Shown here: piece by piece, positions 1-11,339 of the stretch
How positions within the stretch are numbered: the first letter of the stretch is position 1
Layout of the letters: every line of letters begins with the position of its first letter
Assembly: GCA_000934665.2 (NCBI GenBank)
Contig: JYFJ02003661.1
Coordinates: 1 to 39,135, forward strand
Source of the DNA: Catajapyx aquilonaris
Taxonomy: Eukaryota
Direction of reading: 5' to 3'
DNA: 39,135 bases
The notes under the pieces: generated by a model
Told to the model about the DNA's origin: nothing
Databases searched by the model: none
What the model saw: the letters and a program-made list of their open reading frames with translations, nothing else
Made by a program: the position numbers and the translations under genes

Positions 1-96
1 TATAGCCATAATTATTGCAAAGGTTACTACTAAATCAATGAGTCACTCCTATGGAAAAGTCTTTCATAACCTGAGCAACGCCGGGTATCCTGCTAG
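1..96 (+). mobile_element. Probable Helitron 3' terminus (rest of element off-window)
   Basis: CCTGAGCAACGCCGGG (70-85, GC-rich hairpin-like) is followed after a few nt by CTAG|T (93-97), the typical Helitron 3' end. The 5' TC terminus is not visible. Confidence 0.5.
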
Positions 97-99
97 TAA

Positions 100-113
100 C
101 AATGATAATAATG

Positions 114-160
<47 letters not shown>

Positions 161-169
161 CATCATCAT
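100..169. repeat. (AAT)n/(CAT)n microsatellite in GARS intron
   Basis: Directly visible trinucleotide run ending about 10 nt before the acceptor at 178-179. Confidence 0.95.
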
Positions 170-179
170 GTTTGAATAG

Positions 180-3100
180 GGTGATTTGGTGAGGCGGCTG
201 AAAGCAGAAGGGGCGCCGGAGCTGGACGTAAAGAAGGCTGTGAATGAGCTGAAGACTAGGAAGAAAGCTCTGGATGAAAAAGAACTGGCTCTAGCGCCGA
301 GGGAAGAAGGTGACACGTTTGATCGGGCGCGAATGGAGGATCTGCTCAAGAGGAGGTTCTTCTTCGACCAGTCCTTTGCAATCTATGGAGGTCAGTGTCT
401 GTCTGATTTGTGATTGGCAGTATTTACAATAGTTTTGCTCATTTAGGGATAAGTGGGCAGTATGACTTTGGTCCCATGGGTTGCGCTCTCAAGACCAACA
501 TTTTGAATGCCTGGAGGAGCTTCTTCATCTTGGAGGAGCAGATGCTGGAAGTGGATTGCTCTGTTCTTACTCCTGAACCAGTCTTGAAGTAAGTCATTTT
601 TGTGCTCGTTTGTAATTACATTTACTAACTTACATGTTGGGAATTAGGGCGTCTGGCCATGTGGATCGGTTTGCTGACCTTATGGTAAAAGATATGAAGA
701 ATGGGGAGTGTTTCCGCCTGGATCACCTGATCAAGGCACACCTGGAGAAAGTTGTGAGTGACAAGAAGAGTTCTCCAGAGACAAAGGCCGAGTGTGAGAC
801 CATTGTGGTTCAGGTCAGTATCACCTACTGCAAGGGAAATTGCTCCTTTCATATCCCATTTTATAATTAGCTACTTGACAATGTAACACCGCAGTAACAC
901 CTAAAGACAGGCATTAATTATTTTATCCCAGGGTTTCAAAGACTATTTTTAGATCACTAGAGAAATTAAAAGTTTCCATACATACTATTAGTTACTAGTT
1001 GGTAGGAAGCAGTAGTGGTGTAGTGGATATGGTGTCCGACTGCTAATCGGGAGGTCCTGGGTTCGAGTCCCGGAGGCCGGCGGTCCTGACCTTGGTTTTC
1101 TGTGGTTTTCCAAGGTCACTCCAGGGAAATCCCGGGATCGTACCATTATATAGGCCACAGCCGCTTCCTTCCTTTCCCTGGAGGAGGCGCGGTGTTCGGT
1201 GGGGGGCTTCCGGCCGCGCCTAGGGGGGTGTCTAAGCTTGGCCCCCTGAGGGACTGCACACGGCCCCCACCACAGGACAACGCACTGCACCTTTGTTCCG
1301 CCCTCCCTATCCCTTCCCTGTCCCTGCACCGGTGAGATTGAAAAAGTTAGAAAAATGGAGGAGATCTCCTCCCCCTGCATTGGCCAATTGGTCTCAAGGG
1401 GGATCCCAAATAAATAAATAAATAAATAAAAGTTACTAGTTGGTAGTAATGTGTATGTTTCTCCCTCAGTTGGATGGCATGACCAAAGATGACATGAAGC
1501 GGATAATGGTCAAGTACAACATGAAATCTCCAATAACTGGCAATGACTTGTCTGATCCCCTTGAATTCAACCTCATGTTTGGCACTCAGATTGGACCAAC
1601 GGGACAGGTCCAAGGGTCAGTTAACAACCGAAACATAATTCAATTATTCTTCATTTGCTCTTTTTTAAAAACCCTTCTAACCTGCTAAATAGATTTCTTC
1701 GGCCAGAAACAGCTCAAGGGATTTTTGTAAACTTCAAACGCCTTCTGGAATTCAACCAGGGGAAGCTTCCATTTGCTGCAGCACAGATTGGAAATGCCTT
1801 CAGGAATGAGATTTCACCTCGATCTGGACTCATTCGTGTCAGGTAATTGACATTCAAATAACTAATGCGCATGTTAGATGTGTTCTCATGAATGCATGAA
1901 AAGGTTACCATGTGAAATAATAAGTCAAGTCATTAATATCTTCAGTCAATTGACAGTCTGGGAAGGTGAATGTGCTCTTGCATAGTATTATTAACAAGTG
2001 TAATTATATTTCCAGAGAATTTACTATGGCTGAAATAGAGCACTTTTGCGACCCTACTGAGAAGCAGCACCCAAAATTTGAAGATGTCAAGGCCACTCAA
2101 ATGTTGTTGTATTCTGCCTGCAATCAGATGGACGGGAAGCCTCCTGTTTCGATGTCAATTGGAGAAGCTGTTGGATCTGTAAGTAATATTTCACAATATT
2201 TTCACATGCCGGCAGTTTATTCTAAGTGGGCAATTTTGTAGCGTAGTGAACACTTTGGGGTGTTGGAGAATAGAGAAGATGTGGAGGCTCTGGACAGATA
2301 TCTGTCTAGTCGGAGTTACATCATTGGTTATGGGCCATCCCAAGCTGATGTGTCTGTGTTGGAAGCATTGAAGAAAATGTGTCCAGGGGACAGTGGTCCA
2401 CCACCCAATGTCCTCAGGTGGTCTCATCACATCTGCTCTTTGAAAGAGAAGTGGAGAGACTTTCCAGGCAAAAAGGGATTAGGGTTGGATGAACTCTGCA
2501 AGGAATTGTTTGGGAGCAGCCATGTGCCAAAGCAGGTGCTAGTCAAACTTGTCAGCATTAGTTTGTACCATCCGAAGAAAAAGTTGGTGCATAGTTAATT
2601 AGTAATGGAGTAACTCCTCTAGAGCCGACAGTGCTTTGATTAAAAGAAACTTGCTTGAATCGAAACTAAGCAGAAAAATTATTCGTTTGTTGCGGGTTCC
2701 TCTTTCTGCGGAACTACTTGTAGCAACGCACCTACCTTTTCCACTTGATGGTCTTGTGTTGCTCTTGTATGAATTTTTAAATTTTTTATTAATTCTCTAT
2801 GAGTTGCATTTTTATTGAATTTGGATGAGCTCTTGACAGATCTAGTGTAATAAGCAAGTTGATTACATAGATTAATGAATAACCTTGATATTTATGAGAT
2901 GCTATCATATATTAGTGAATTATTTCACACTGCAGTGGTTACCCAGCTAATTTAGGGCATTACTTTCTCAAGGGGGGCAGCCTACAAGAGGGGGAAAAAG
3001 TCAGGTGCAATACCATCCCATATTTGGTTGTGTATTGCCAGCCTGAAACTACATTGACATTTTGTGTTTTTTTTTTTCTCATAAAGGACAATTTTGCTTT

Positions 3101-5092
3101 CAAAGTATGTATTTGGCATGTCATTTGGTGTCTGGTATTTTTGTAATGTAGTGTGAGTAGAGCCAAAACCTCTAATTCTCTAATCCCCCAAAAATGATAT
3201 TCAGTTTTTCTGCACTGCTTGTGGAGACTTGTCTGAACATGTAGCCCATGCAAATCACTGTGTATTAATTTGTGTTTTTCTTATCTATTAGGGTCTGGTT
3301 GCAAATGAGACTTTGGGCTACTTTATGGCTCGCATCCACCAATTCCTGGTGCGCATTGGCGTGAATGAGAAGAGGTTGCGCTTCCGGCAGCACATGGGCC
3401 AGGAGATGGCCCATTATGCAACTGACTGCTGGGATGCAGAGTGCCTGACTTCTTATGGCTGGGTGGAGTGCGTTGGGTGTGCTGATCGCTCAGCTTTTGA
3501 TCTTACCCAGCACACAAAAGCAACTGGAGTCAGAATGGCTGCAGAAAAGAAGCTCTCCACACCTGTTGTCAAGGATTTTGTTGGTTTGTTGGATTGCTTG
3601 AACTTATTTTGTGCAAATGGACATGCATACATGCTTGAAACAAGTCTACATAAAATAATTGTCTTGTTTAACAACTTGCAGAGGCCCAGCCAAACAAAGG
3701 AGTAATCGGAAAGGCATTTAAGAAAGAGGCCAAATTGGTCATGGATGCATTGATAGCACTAGACGAAGAGGGCTTATCCAACATGGAGCGAGATCTGGAG
3801 CACACTGGGTTAGTTGATGGTATTAGTAACACCACTTATTGTTCCTCAAATTGTCTATTTACACTTTTGAAAATTACAGGAAATATGCAGTTACCACTGG
3901 CAGTAACAGTTATGAAGTAACCAAAGAGATGGTGGCTGTCAGGAAGTACCAGAAGACTGTACATGTCGAGGATGTGATTCCCAGTGTTATTGAGCCATCC
4001 TTTGGCATTGGGCGTGTCATGTATGCCTTGTTTGAACACAATTTCCGCTCCAGAGATGATGAACAGAGAACAGTAAGTGCCTCTCATCCTAATTTGACGC
4101 TTATCAGTCAAAATTATATTTGTGTAAATTGGGAAGATGGGTGGAGATAGAGGGACACATGACTGTCCATTGTGAAAAGATAATGTAATTAGTGTGTTCC
4201 AAGTGAAGCGTTCTTAGTGGTTATGATTTTTTGAAGACCTAAGCTGTTCTGTTGGAAGAGCATGGATCTATCAAAAATATTGCCATATTAGAAAAGCATG
4301 TTTGACAACTTGGAAGAACGAGACAAGGATCCTGTGTGTGCTAACCACTTTGGACCTCTAATTTCAATCCTTGGTTGCCACAATCTACTGGCAGTAGTTG
4401 CTTCTGAGAATGACTACTGTAATTTACGATGTCTTTTTTTGTTTACAGTACTTTTCGCTCCCACCATTGGTGGCTCCTCTCAAATGCTCCGTACTTCCAT
4501 TGAGCAACAACACCGAGTTCCATCCACTGGTGAAAAGAATATGTACGCACCTTTTTAGACTGAATTATCTAAGTGTCTGTCACTATGCAAACTTTTGTTT
4601 CCTTTGCAGCAAGAGAGTTAACCAACGTGGATGTGTCACACAAGGTTGATGACTCCAGTGGATCCATTGGGCGGAGATATGCAAGGACAGACGAGATAGC
4701 AATCCCATTTGGTATCACGATTGACTTTGACAGCCTCAAGGAGCCACTGTCAGTTACGCTGCGGGAAAGAGACTCTATGGGTCAAGTGAGACTCCCGGTA
4801 TGTGAACTAGTAATGTTGCCAATCACCTCAAGAAAAACCTGGGGTGGAATTTTCGTCTATGCAGTAACTATCAGTGGGACGAAAATTCCATCCCTATTTA
4901 TAAATTATTAGTGAAATGTCTGTAACACAGGGTGACCTTGCCAATGTCTGCAATTAATAGCAACTACATACGATTTCATTTCAGGTGGATGACGTTGCCA
5001 ACGTTGTACGTGACCTGTCCTTAGGTCGCCTGACTTGGAGACAGGTGGAAGCAAAGTATCCCAAATTTGAGCAGCAAGAGTCAACCAAATGA
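180..5092 (+). CDS. GARS1: Glycyl-tRNA synthetase (5'-partial). Exons 180-390, 447-588, 648-813, 1470-1615, 1693-1842, 2016-2178, 3292-3583, 3682-3808, 3880-4072, 4449-4542, 4610-4797, 4985-5092
   Basis: WHEP-like start ([25 protein letters not shown]), then [62 protein letters not shown] and the anticodon-domain [11 protein letters not shown]. All junctions are GT-AG with consistent phase; TGA at 5090-5092. Confidence 0.97.
1006..1430 (+). mobile_element. tRNA-derived SINE in GARS intron
   Basis: tRNA-like head with A-box-like TAGTGG...GG and B-box GGTTCGAGTCC, a GC-rich body and a (TAAA)n tail. Perfect 16-bp target-site duplication AGTTACTAGTTGGTAG at 990-1005 and 1431-1446. Confidence 0.92.
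2242..2535 (+). CDS. Putative alternative (cassette) exon of GARS encoding an EF1-beta N-terminal/GST-C-like domain (98 aa)
   Basis: TTTTGTAG acceptor (2240-41) and CAG|GTGCTA donor (2536); 294 nt, phase 0/0, open in the GARS frame. [40 protein letters not shown]...[11 protein letters not shown] resembles EF1-beta GFGDL..[36 protein letters not shown]. Confidence 0.72.
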
Positions 5093-5160
5093 TGAGGGAA
5101 CGACAAATGCAATTTTGAAAATGGAGATAAAGATTGATAGAAAAATGGAACCATATCCTT

Positions 5161-5589
5161 TTATTCCTGTTTCTGCTTTAGATACAATGCTTGACAAACA
5201 GTCCATATTGGGATGTCGGAAATGGGAGGGATCCCATTCGCAGGTTTCGGCTTTGGTGTGTAAATAGCATGCTGATCCGTGAAGGTCCGAGTGTCATTAA
5301 ATGCTGGTACCATAGTCAAGTTTGTTGCTGGGTATATGCAGAATGCAAATAACCACAATATCACACTCACTGCAACTGGAATAGCAATTGCCCAGTACTT
5401 TTGTGGCCAGTAAGTGAAGCCCATAGCCACCAGCCATGGTGCTGGAATATATGCCCAGCACAAGTACAAACACATGCAGCTCATAGAGACTACGTATAGG
5501 CCAAATCCATACACAGCACGGCCTGGTGTTGGTGCTGGGCTGTGTTCAGGTGGTTCTAAGATGTGGTCAGGAATCCTTCTGTTACTCAT
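5161..5589 (-). CDS. PIGP: GPI-GlcNAc transferase subunit P, intronless, 142 aa
   Basis: PEHSPAPTPGRAVYGF, YLCWAYIP, GFTYWPQKYWAIAIP and IPPISDIPI are PIG-P family motifs; two hydrophobic segments. Confidence 0.93.
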   Translation of the reverse strand: MSNRRIPDHILEPPEHSPAPTPGRAVYGFGLYVVSMSCMCLYLCWAYIPAPWLVAMGFTYWPQKYWAIAIPVAVSVILWLFAFCIYPATNLTMVPAFNDTRTFTDQHAIYTPKPKPANGIPPISDIPIWTVCQALYLKQKQE

Positions 5590-6002
5590 AGCGAGAACTG
5601 GTCCATTGTTTCAGTGACTAGCGACAACAGATCAAAGAAAGATGTAACACTGGTCCGCAAATTCCGCAGATTTTTAGATTCAAAGTGCCTGTTGGAATGA
5701 ATAGGTTAAGAAATATTCAGGGACAAATCTGAAGGGTCTGGCGTTGATACGTACGCTTTCAAAATATTGTCTTGGACTGACAGCTTCTTTGTGACTCCTC
5801 CTCTGACTGGTTCTACATCAACACGTAGAGCATCGTAGGCAATCTTTGCTTGTTCTGCTTCTGGGAACGGCACCTCCAACAACCTGCGTAAAAATTCAGA
5901 ATAGTTTTACGCAACCGCTTACTGCATTTTATGCTTCAATAGTGCTAGTACCAAAGACGTGTGAATATCTTACAGTTCAGCTGGTGCGTCGCTGGCTGCC
6001 AT
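5586..6002 (-). CDS. LAGE3: KEOPS/EKC subunit Pcc1/LAGE3, 86 aa. Exons 6002-5974, 5883-5755, 5688-5586
   Basis: Spliced translation: MAASDAPAELLLEVPFPEAEQAKIAYDALRVDVEPVRGGVTKKLSVQDNILKAHFESKNLRNLRTSVTSFFDLLSLVTETMDQFSL. Matches the Pcc1 pattern (VPFP..A.IA..L..D.EP; LR.SV..F.D.L.LV..TM..F). Two GT-AG introns; 261 nt total. Confidence 0.9.
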
Positions 6003-7456
6003 TCCTACACCATTGTTCTGAAGCGTTCTGAAGTGTTCTCTTTTTCACCTTCACAAACTGCAATGTTCAGGACAGCATGGTGAACACCTGGGTGAACACT
6101 CTGCTCACAGATGGCCCTAAATGCATTAAAAAAATGCAAATCCAAGCCCCCCCCCCCCCCCCAAATAATTTTAACTTCACAATTAACCTGAACCCTTCAC
6201 CTGAACATAATTACCTCAAAATTGTCATTTATATTAGTTATTGCGAAGAACGTTGGTGAGAAAATGTCACAACATTGGCTATATCAGTTATATTAGTTAC
6301 TTTTCATGAACGACCACTGTCGGTAACTCGGGATATGCCTTTTTTTGAATTGGAACGGGTTGGAAGTTAAACACAGGTGTACTGGCCTTCACTAATTGTT
6401 ACACCGAGTGTTACACACATCTTTGTAAGCTCCGTATGGACCAGCTCAGCGCATCAAATGGCCCCCGTTTTGTAGCTAATATAACCGTTGCAAGTAATAA
6501 TAGCTAGAAATCAGCGCCCTCTTTCATACCATGCGATGTGGTTGCCCTCTGGTGTCAAATAATACACACTAATTGCACTCTTTTTTTTTTTTCTTCCCTT
6601 TCTTCTTATTTTTTTTGTTTGCTCCATCTCTTGTCTCAGCCTGACTTTCGTCCGAGTCAGTTGTGCGTACAAAATCTCTCTCTCTCGCTGTGGGAGAGAG
6701 TCTCGCTGCTGTGGTGGTGTGGATATCTCCCCCTTCCATTTGTTGCGTTGTGATCTCCGTCTCTTTGTTGCTGCATGGATACCAGGGGGATCCAACATCC
6801 CTGCCACTTGTAGGGCCTTCCCTTCCACCCCTCCACCTCTTTTGTTGTTCATCCGACCAAAAATAGCCCCCCCTCCCCCTCCTCCTCCACCCTCCCCAAG
6901 GCAGGCAACATAAGAAGAAAAGAAAAAAAAGTGAGTCCGTTATGATCTTTTGTCTCCCCCACATTTTTATTGCAGAGATTTTATGTGTAACTAGAGCATG
7001 ACCAGCGTCTGTGTGATGTACATATACTCGTGGCATGTAAGAGGGGGAGATTGATTGATAGAGAGGCCAGCTGGGGGTTTCTTTTTTGGGGGGGGGTCTG
7101 TTTCGTGTAGGCCTGGGTCAATGGCAGGCACTCTGTTGGGTAAGAGGTGTTTGCATGTCGGATGTTACTAAATGGCATTCACAAAGTCGCACTTTCAGAT
7201 GGGGATGGTGTGAAATGGTTTTGTGAACATGCAGTCAAGGGCGCTTGGCAATAATAATGACAATTATGAAAAATATGCCGTAAATAATATGCAAATTTTG
7301 TAGTAGATTACAATTATTGAATTTTTATCAAATTGCTGCTCTGTACCATGTTTTGTTACGCTGCAGAATATGGGATGGCCTACTGAGTGATGTGGTTCGA
7401 GGGGTTGTGTGAAACAGTTGCCTCAATGTGGCTTAGATGAAATGAAAGTATTATTA

Positions 7457-7636
7457 AGGTGTGTTGACATGTGAGCAATTTGACGAGCAAAGTCTTCACC
7501 AAGCGATATCATAGCTGAGTAACCAATATCGGTTGAGGTAACAATAGATTTTCGCCTCAAACAATACTGGTTACTCAGTGATGTTATCGCTCAGCAAAGA
7601 CTTCGCTCATCAAATCGCTCACATGTAAACGCACCT
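7457..7636. mobile_element. PIF/Harbinger-like palindromic MITE, copy 1
   Basis: Termini AGGTGTGTTGACATGTGAGC ... GCTCACATGTAAACGCACCT, long imperfect arms and TTA on both sides. Related copies at about 15.5 kb and 21.9 kb. Confidence 0.8.
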
Positions 7637-9221
7637 TTATAGTGTGCTGATCACAAAGCAGGCTGGGAAACTGAGGAGGAATAACAGCTACCCTTGGTTG
7701 TGTCTGCCCACATTTGTTGGAATTCCAGATGTTACGCTAGCAATATAAAGTGCAGTGCAGTCAGCTGGAGGCCTCAACTGATTTGCTGCCATAATGATGA
7801 GTTTGGAAAATGATTACCATGTCCTGATTTACACTTAATGTCAATCAGAATGTTCAGTGCTGCTAATTTACTACCACGTAAAAAAAAATAATCAGAGAAC
7901 TCGATCTATACCAGCGATTTGGAACATGTCCATATGGCATGATTAGCACCTCAGTTCTAACAGTAAGTCGCTCTCGCTTATTGCATTCTCTTACTGTCTT
8001 TGAATTTGTACAAAACAAGCAGAGAATGGAACATACTGATCTGCCTTATTTGTACAGTCATGTGTCAGTGATACTCTGCTCAGTCCCTACTAGACTTCAT
8101 GGACAAATATGCTTACCAAAATCTGTGCTTATAGAATCTTTAACCCAAACTCAGCAGGGTTGTAGTGCCTCAGCTATAATTTTTTTTACAACAGAACGCA
8201 GCATGACTTTTGTCTGATAAGTGCAGCCTATACCAGTGGTATCATGCTTTGATCATATTTACCCTCATGACTTTTATAAGCAGAAATTGTTTACTGGAAT
8301 GACATCATCATCGTCAGAAATGTTTGTTCGTGACTAGCATGAGACTGGTAGTACTTGTTACAGCCCATCCTTTACTGCTTTGCAGCATCTGGAAAAGACC
8401 ATTGAAGCGGTCAATCGCAAAACATTTGAAACCTCCATTTTGTGCTTTCCAGCACCATTTGTAACAAAAGTGCTCTCCAACATAAGTGAAGTTTGAGACC
8501 ATTTTTATCATGGCTGACAATGGCTTAAGAACTGGGCATAAAATGTTAAAATTGTCCTCTGAATAACTTAGACAAAAGTGAGACTGAATGATCATTTAAA
8601 ATAGCTTCTACAGTACATTCTACAGCATTTTTAGATGCAGAGTTCATCTCTAATTTATAACTTAAAAATAACTTAAGATGTTTTAATTCCAGTTCTATAT
8701 ATAGTAACTTGTGGAGAGATTTTTCACAACTGTTTTCTGCAAGATCCACAAACATCCACAAAAACAACTCTGGATATCACAAGACTTATCTCAAAGCTGA
8801 CCTCTTCATTTTTATGTAACTATTCACAGAAACTGAAAAAAAAACCTGCTATTGACACAACCACTCTGAATAACTGATCAATATTTGTTATTAAACTGCA
8901 TTTTATTTTATGTTTATTACATTGTCAGGTATTTAATTTAGGACAATCTTCTTTAAAACCTTATTGCCATACTTGACATCAGAATACATAAATTCCAATA
9001 AGGTCAATCGATAGCACTGCAGATAAGTGAAATAATATCACCCCATGTGCCCAAACAACATCGCAATACAGTTGCTGGTCATGTAATCATGTTTTGTAAC
9101 GAATATGATCTTAATGTCATCTTAAACACTTTATATAGGTATAAACACTTTACAGTTGTTTAACTTGAGTTTGTTTCTAATTACAGGTACAACTTTGGTG
9201 TAATCATCTCCGGGCAAAAAA

Positions 9222-11339
9222 ATGGGAATTTTATTTGCTAAAATCTGGAGTTTGTTTGGGAATGAAGGTAAGGTGTACGTTGCATGCACTGATTTCATTG
9301 AGACTGTTCTTGACAGAAGACTTTCACTTTTATAAACACCCCTCCATACCTTCCTCTAAACTTTCTCTATTTGCTCAACAGGAAAAGGAACATGAATGTC
9401 AGTCTAGTTTTTCCAAGGCAATCAGTTGATGTGTTCGAAGATCAGTGATTGTTTTTCTTCCATTTTTTCCCCACCACATTCGAGTTGAGCAAGGTCTAGT
9501 AAAATAGTTCTGTTCTGTTATGTAATGCTGATGATTATGGAATAATTTCTTTCAAGTCCTTTTTAAACATTTGGCGACCTTTAATCTTTACTTTGTTGAC
9601 AAGAAATCCCATCCAACCTTTTATCAGCACCTGTCAAGATCTTATCATATGGACCATGTGGACTCCATTTGTTTTCGTTCTTCACTGAGTGTGCTTTAGA
9701 AATATCAATTTGTTGTTTGCATTTTGTAATACTGAATATTGGCACTTGCTTTGCAGAGCACAAAATAGTGATAGTGGGACTGGACAATGCGGGAAAGACA
9801 ACGATTCTGTACCAGTTCTTAATGAACGAGGTGGTTCACACATCCCCAACGATTGGGTCCAATGTGGAAGAAGTGGTATGGAAAAACATACACTTCATTA
9901 TGTGGGACCTGGGTGGCCAGCAGTCTTTACGAGCAGCTTGGAGCACATACTACAGCAACACTGAGGTACACGTTCAATCATGATGGGAATTTATCTTCCA
10001 CTTTTGTAGGGATGTAAGTCATGGGCATTTGTCAACATCATTTATCAGTGGTTGGAATTAGGATGACCTAGATTACATATGCAATGTGACAGATGCTGAC
10101 ACAATTTGGATACCGCTAATGGTTGACATATTTCAATTCTGATGGGAGCCATATGTCACGTTTCCGTTAATGTGTTTAATGTGGTTCAGTTTTGTTTGCT
10201 GCAGGTCTTTGTGCAATATGCATTGTCATGCATCAATTTATCTGCATTATTTTCTCTTTTGTGAATATGGTATGTCAGAGAGGGGAAGCTTTTGAATGCA
10301 TTTGTGTGCTACTTTAGTGCCCATTAGAAGCAAATTGATAATTTTAATGATCCTGCCATTCCAAGAAAATTCTGCACAAGTTTCCATGATATATGACATG
10401 AGTTCCATTACTGTGAGTTCTGCTGAATCCAGATTGCCACTTGTTATATGGTTGAGGTTCACCAGTGTGCCGGAGGACAATGTCAGTTACCACTGAACAG
10501 ATGTCTCATTTGCATATATCCTGTGCATTGTTTGTGAACATGCTATGTTTGGCAGATAGTGCTGAATTGTGGGTTTCAGATGTTTTCGTATCTTTCTGCT
10601 ACCAAGTTGCATGGAATGCTATGGTTGAACCTAACCAATATATTTCTGAGTGGCATAAGTCCCTTGATGAACCCTTGTAGGCTACCGACATAAACAAACG
10701 TGACTAGGCACTAACCACATTTCCTGTCCTCGTTCTTAAGGATGTGGGAGGGATGATATCCTGCGTACATTTTTCCCAACCTCAACTCACTGATTCTCTG
10801 AATTTGGCTTCTACATATGCTCTGGCCTTGAGCAGGTCTATTGTTTCACCACTGTGACAGCTGCCTTTTTACCTGGCCATTGTTTTCTCCCTGCTCTAGT
10901 TTGTGATAGTTGTGGTCGACTCTACCGATCGGGAGAGACTGACAATCACAAGAGATGAGTTGTACAAGATGCTGGCTCATGAAGAACTTTCAAGAGCTGC
11001 TGTGCTGATATTTGCCAATAAGCAGGATGTGAAAGGTTCAATGACTGCTGCCGAGATTAGCAGGCAACTGGACCTCACTACCATCAAAAATCACAAGTGG
11101 CAAATTCAGTCTTGTTGTGCCCTCACTGGTGAAGGGTAAGTTCATATTATTTATCTACTTAAAACATTTTAATGTGTGGTGCAACCTCTCATGAACAATT
11201 TGATGCATATGTGTCCATTGTGCACACACTCATTGTTTACTTTGCATGCCATCAACCTATGTACGATAGCTAATGTTTCTTGTTGCTTAGTTTGTACCAA
11301 GGACTGGAATGGATATGTAGCCAGTTGAAGAAGAAATGA
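9222..11339 (+). CDS. ARL5: ADP-ribosylation factor-like 5, 179 aa. Exons 9222-9267, 9757-9965, 10900-11135, 11291-11339
   Basis: [41 protein letters not shown] and [15 protein letters not shown]. 540-nt spliced CDS with GT-AG junctions. Confidence 0.96.

Noticed and set aside
1006..1080. Functional tRNA gene
   Set aside because: It continues into a SINE body with tail and TSD, and no clean acceptor stem or terminator is visible.
6511..7178. ORFs upstream of ARL5
   Set aside because: Products of low-complexity pyrimidine/purine tracts, probably 5' UTR or intron.
7939..8767. Nested gene in the region upstream of the ARL5 coding exons
   Set aside because: Short AT-rich ORFs with no motif and no consistent splice model.
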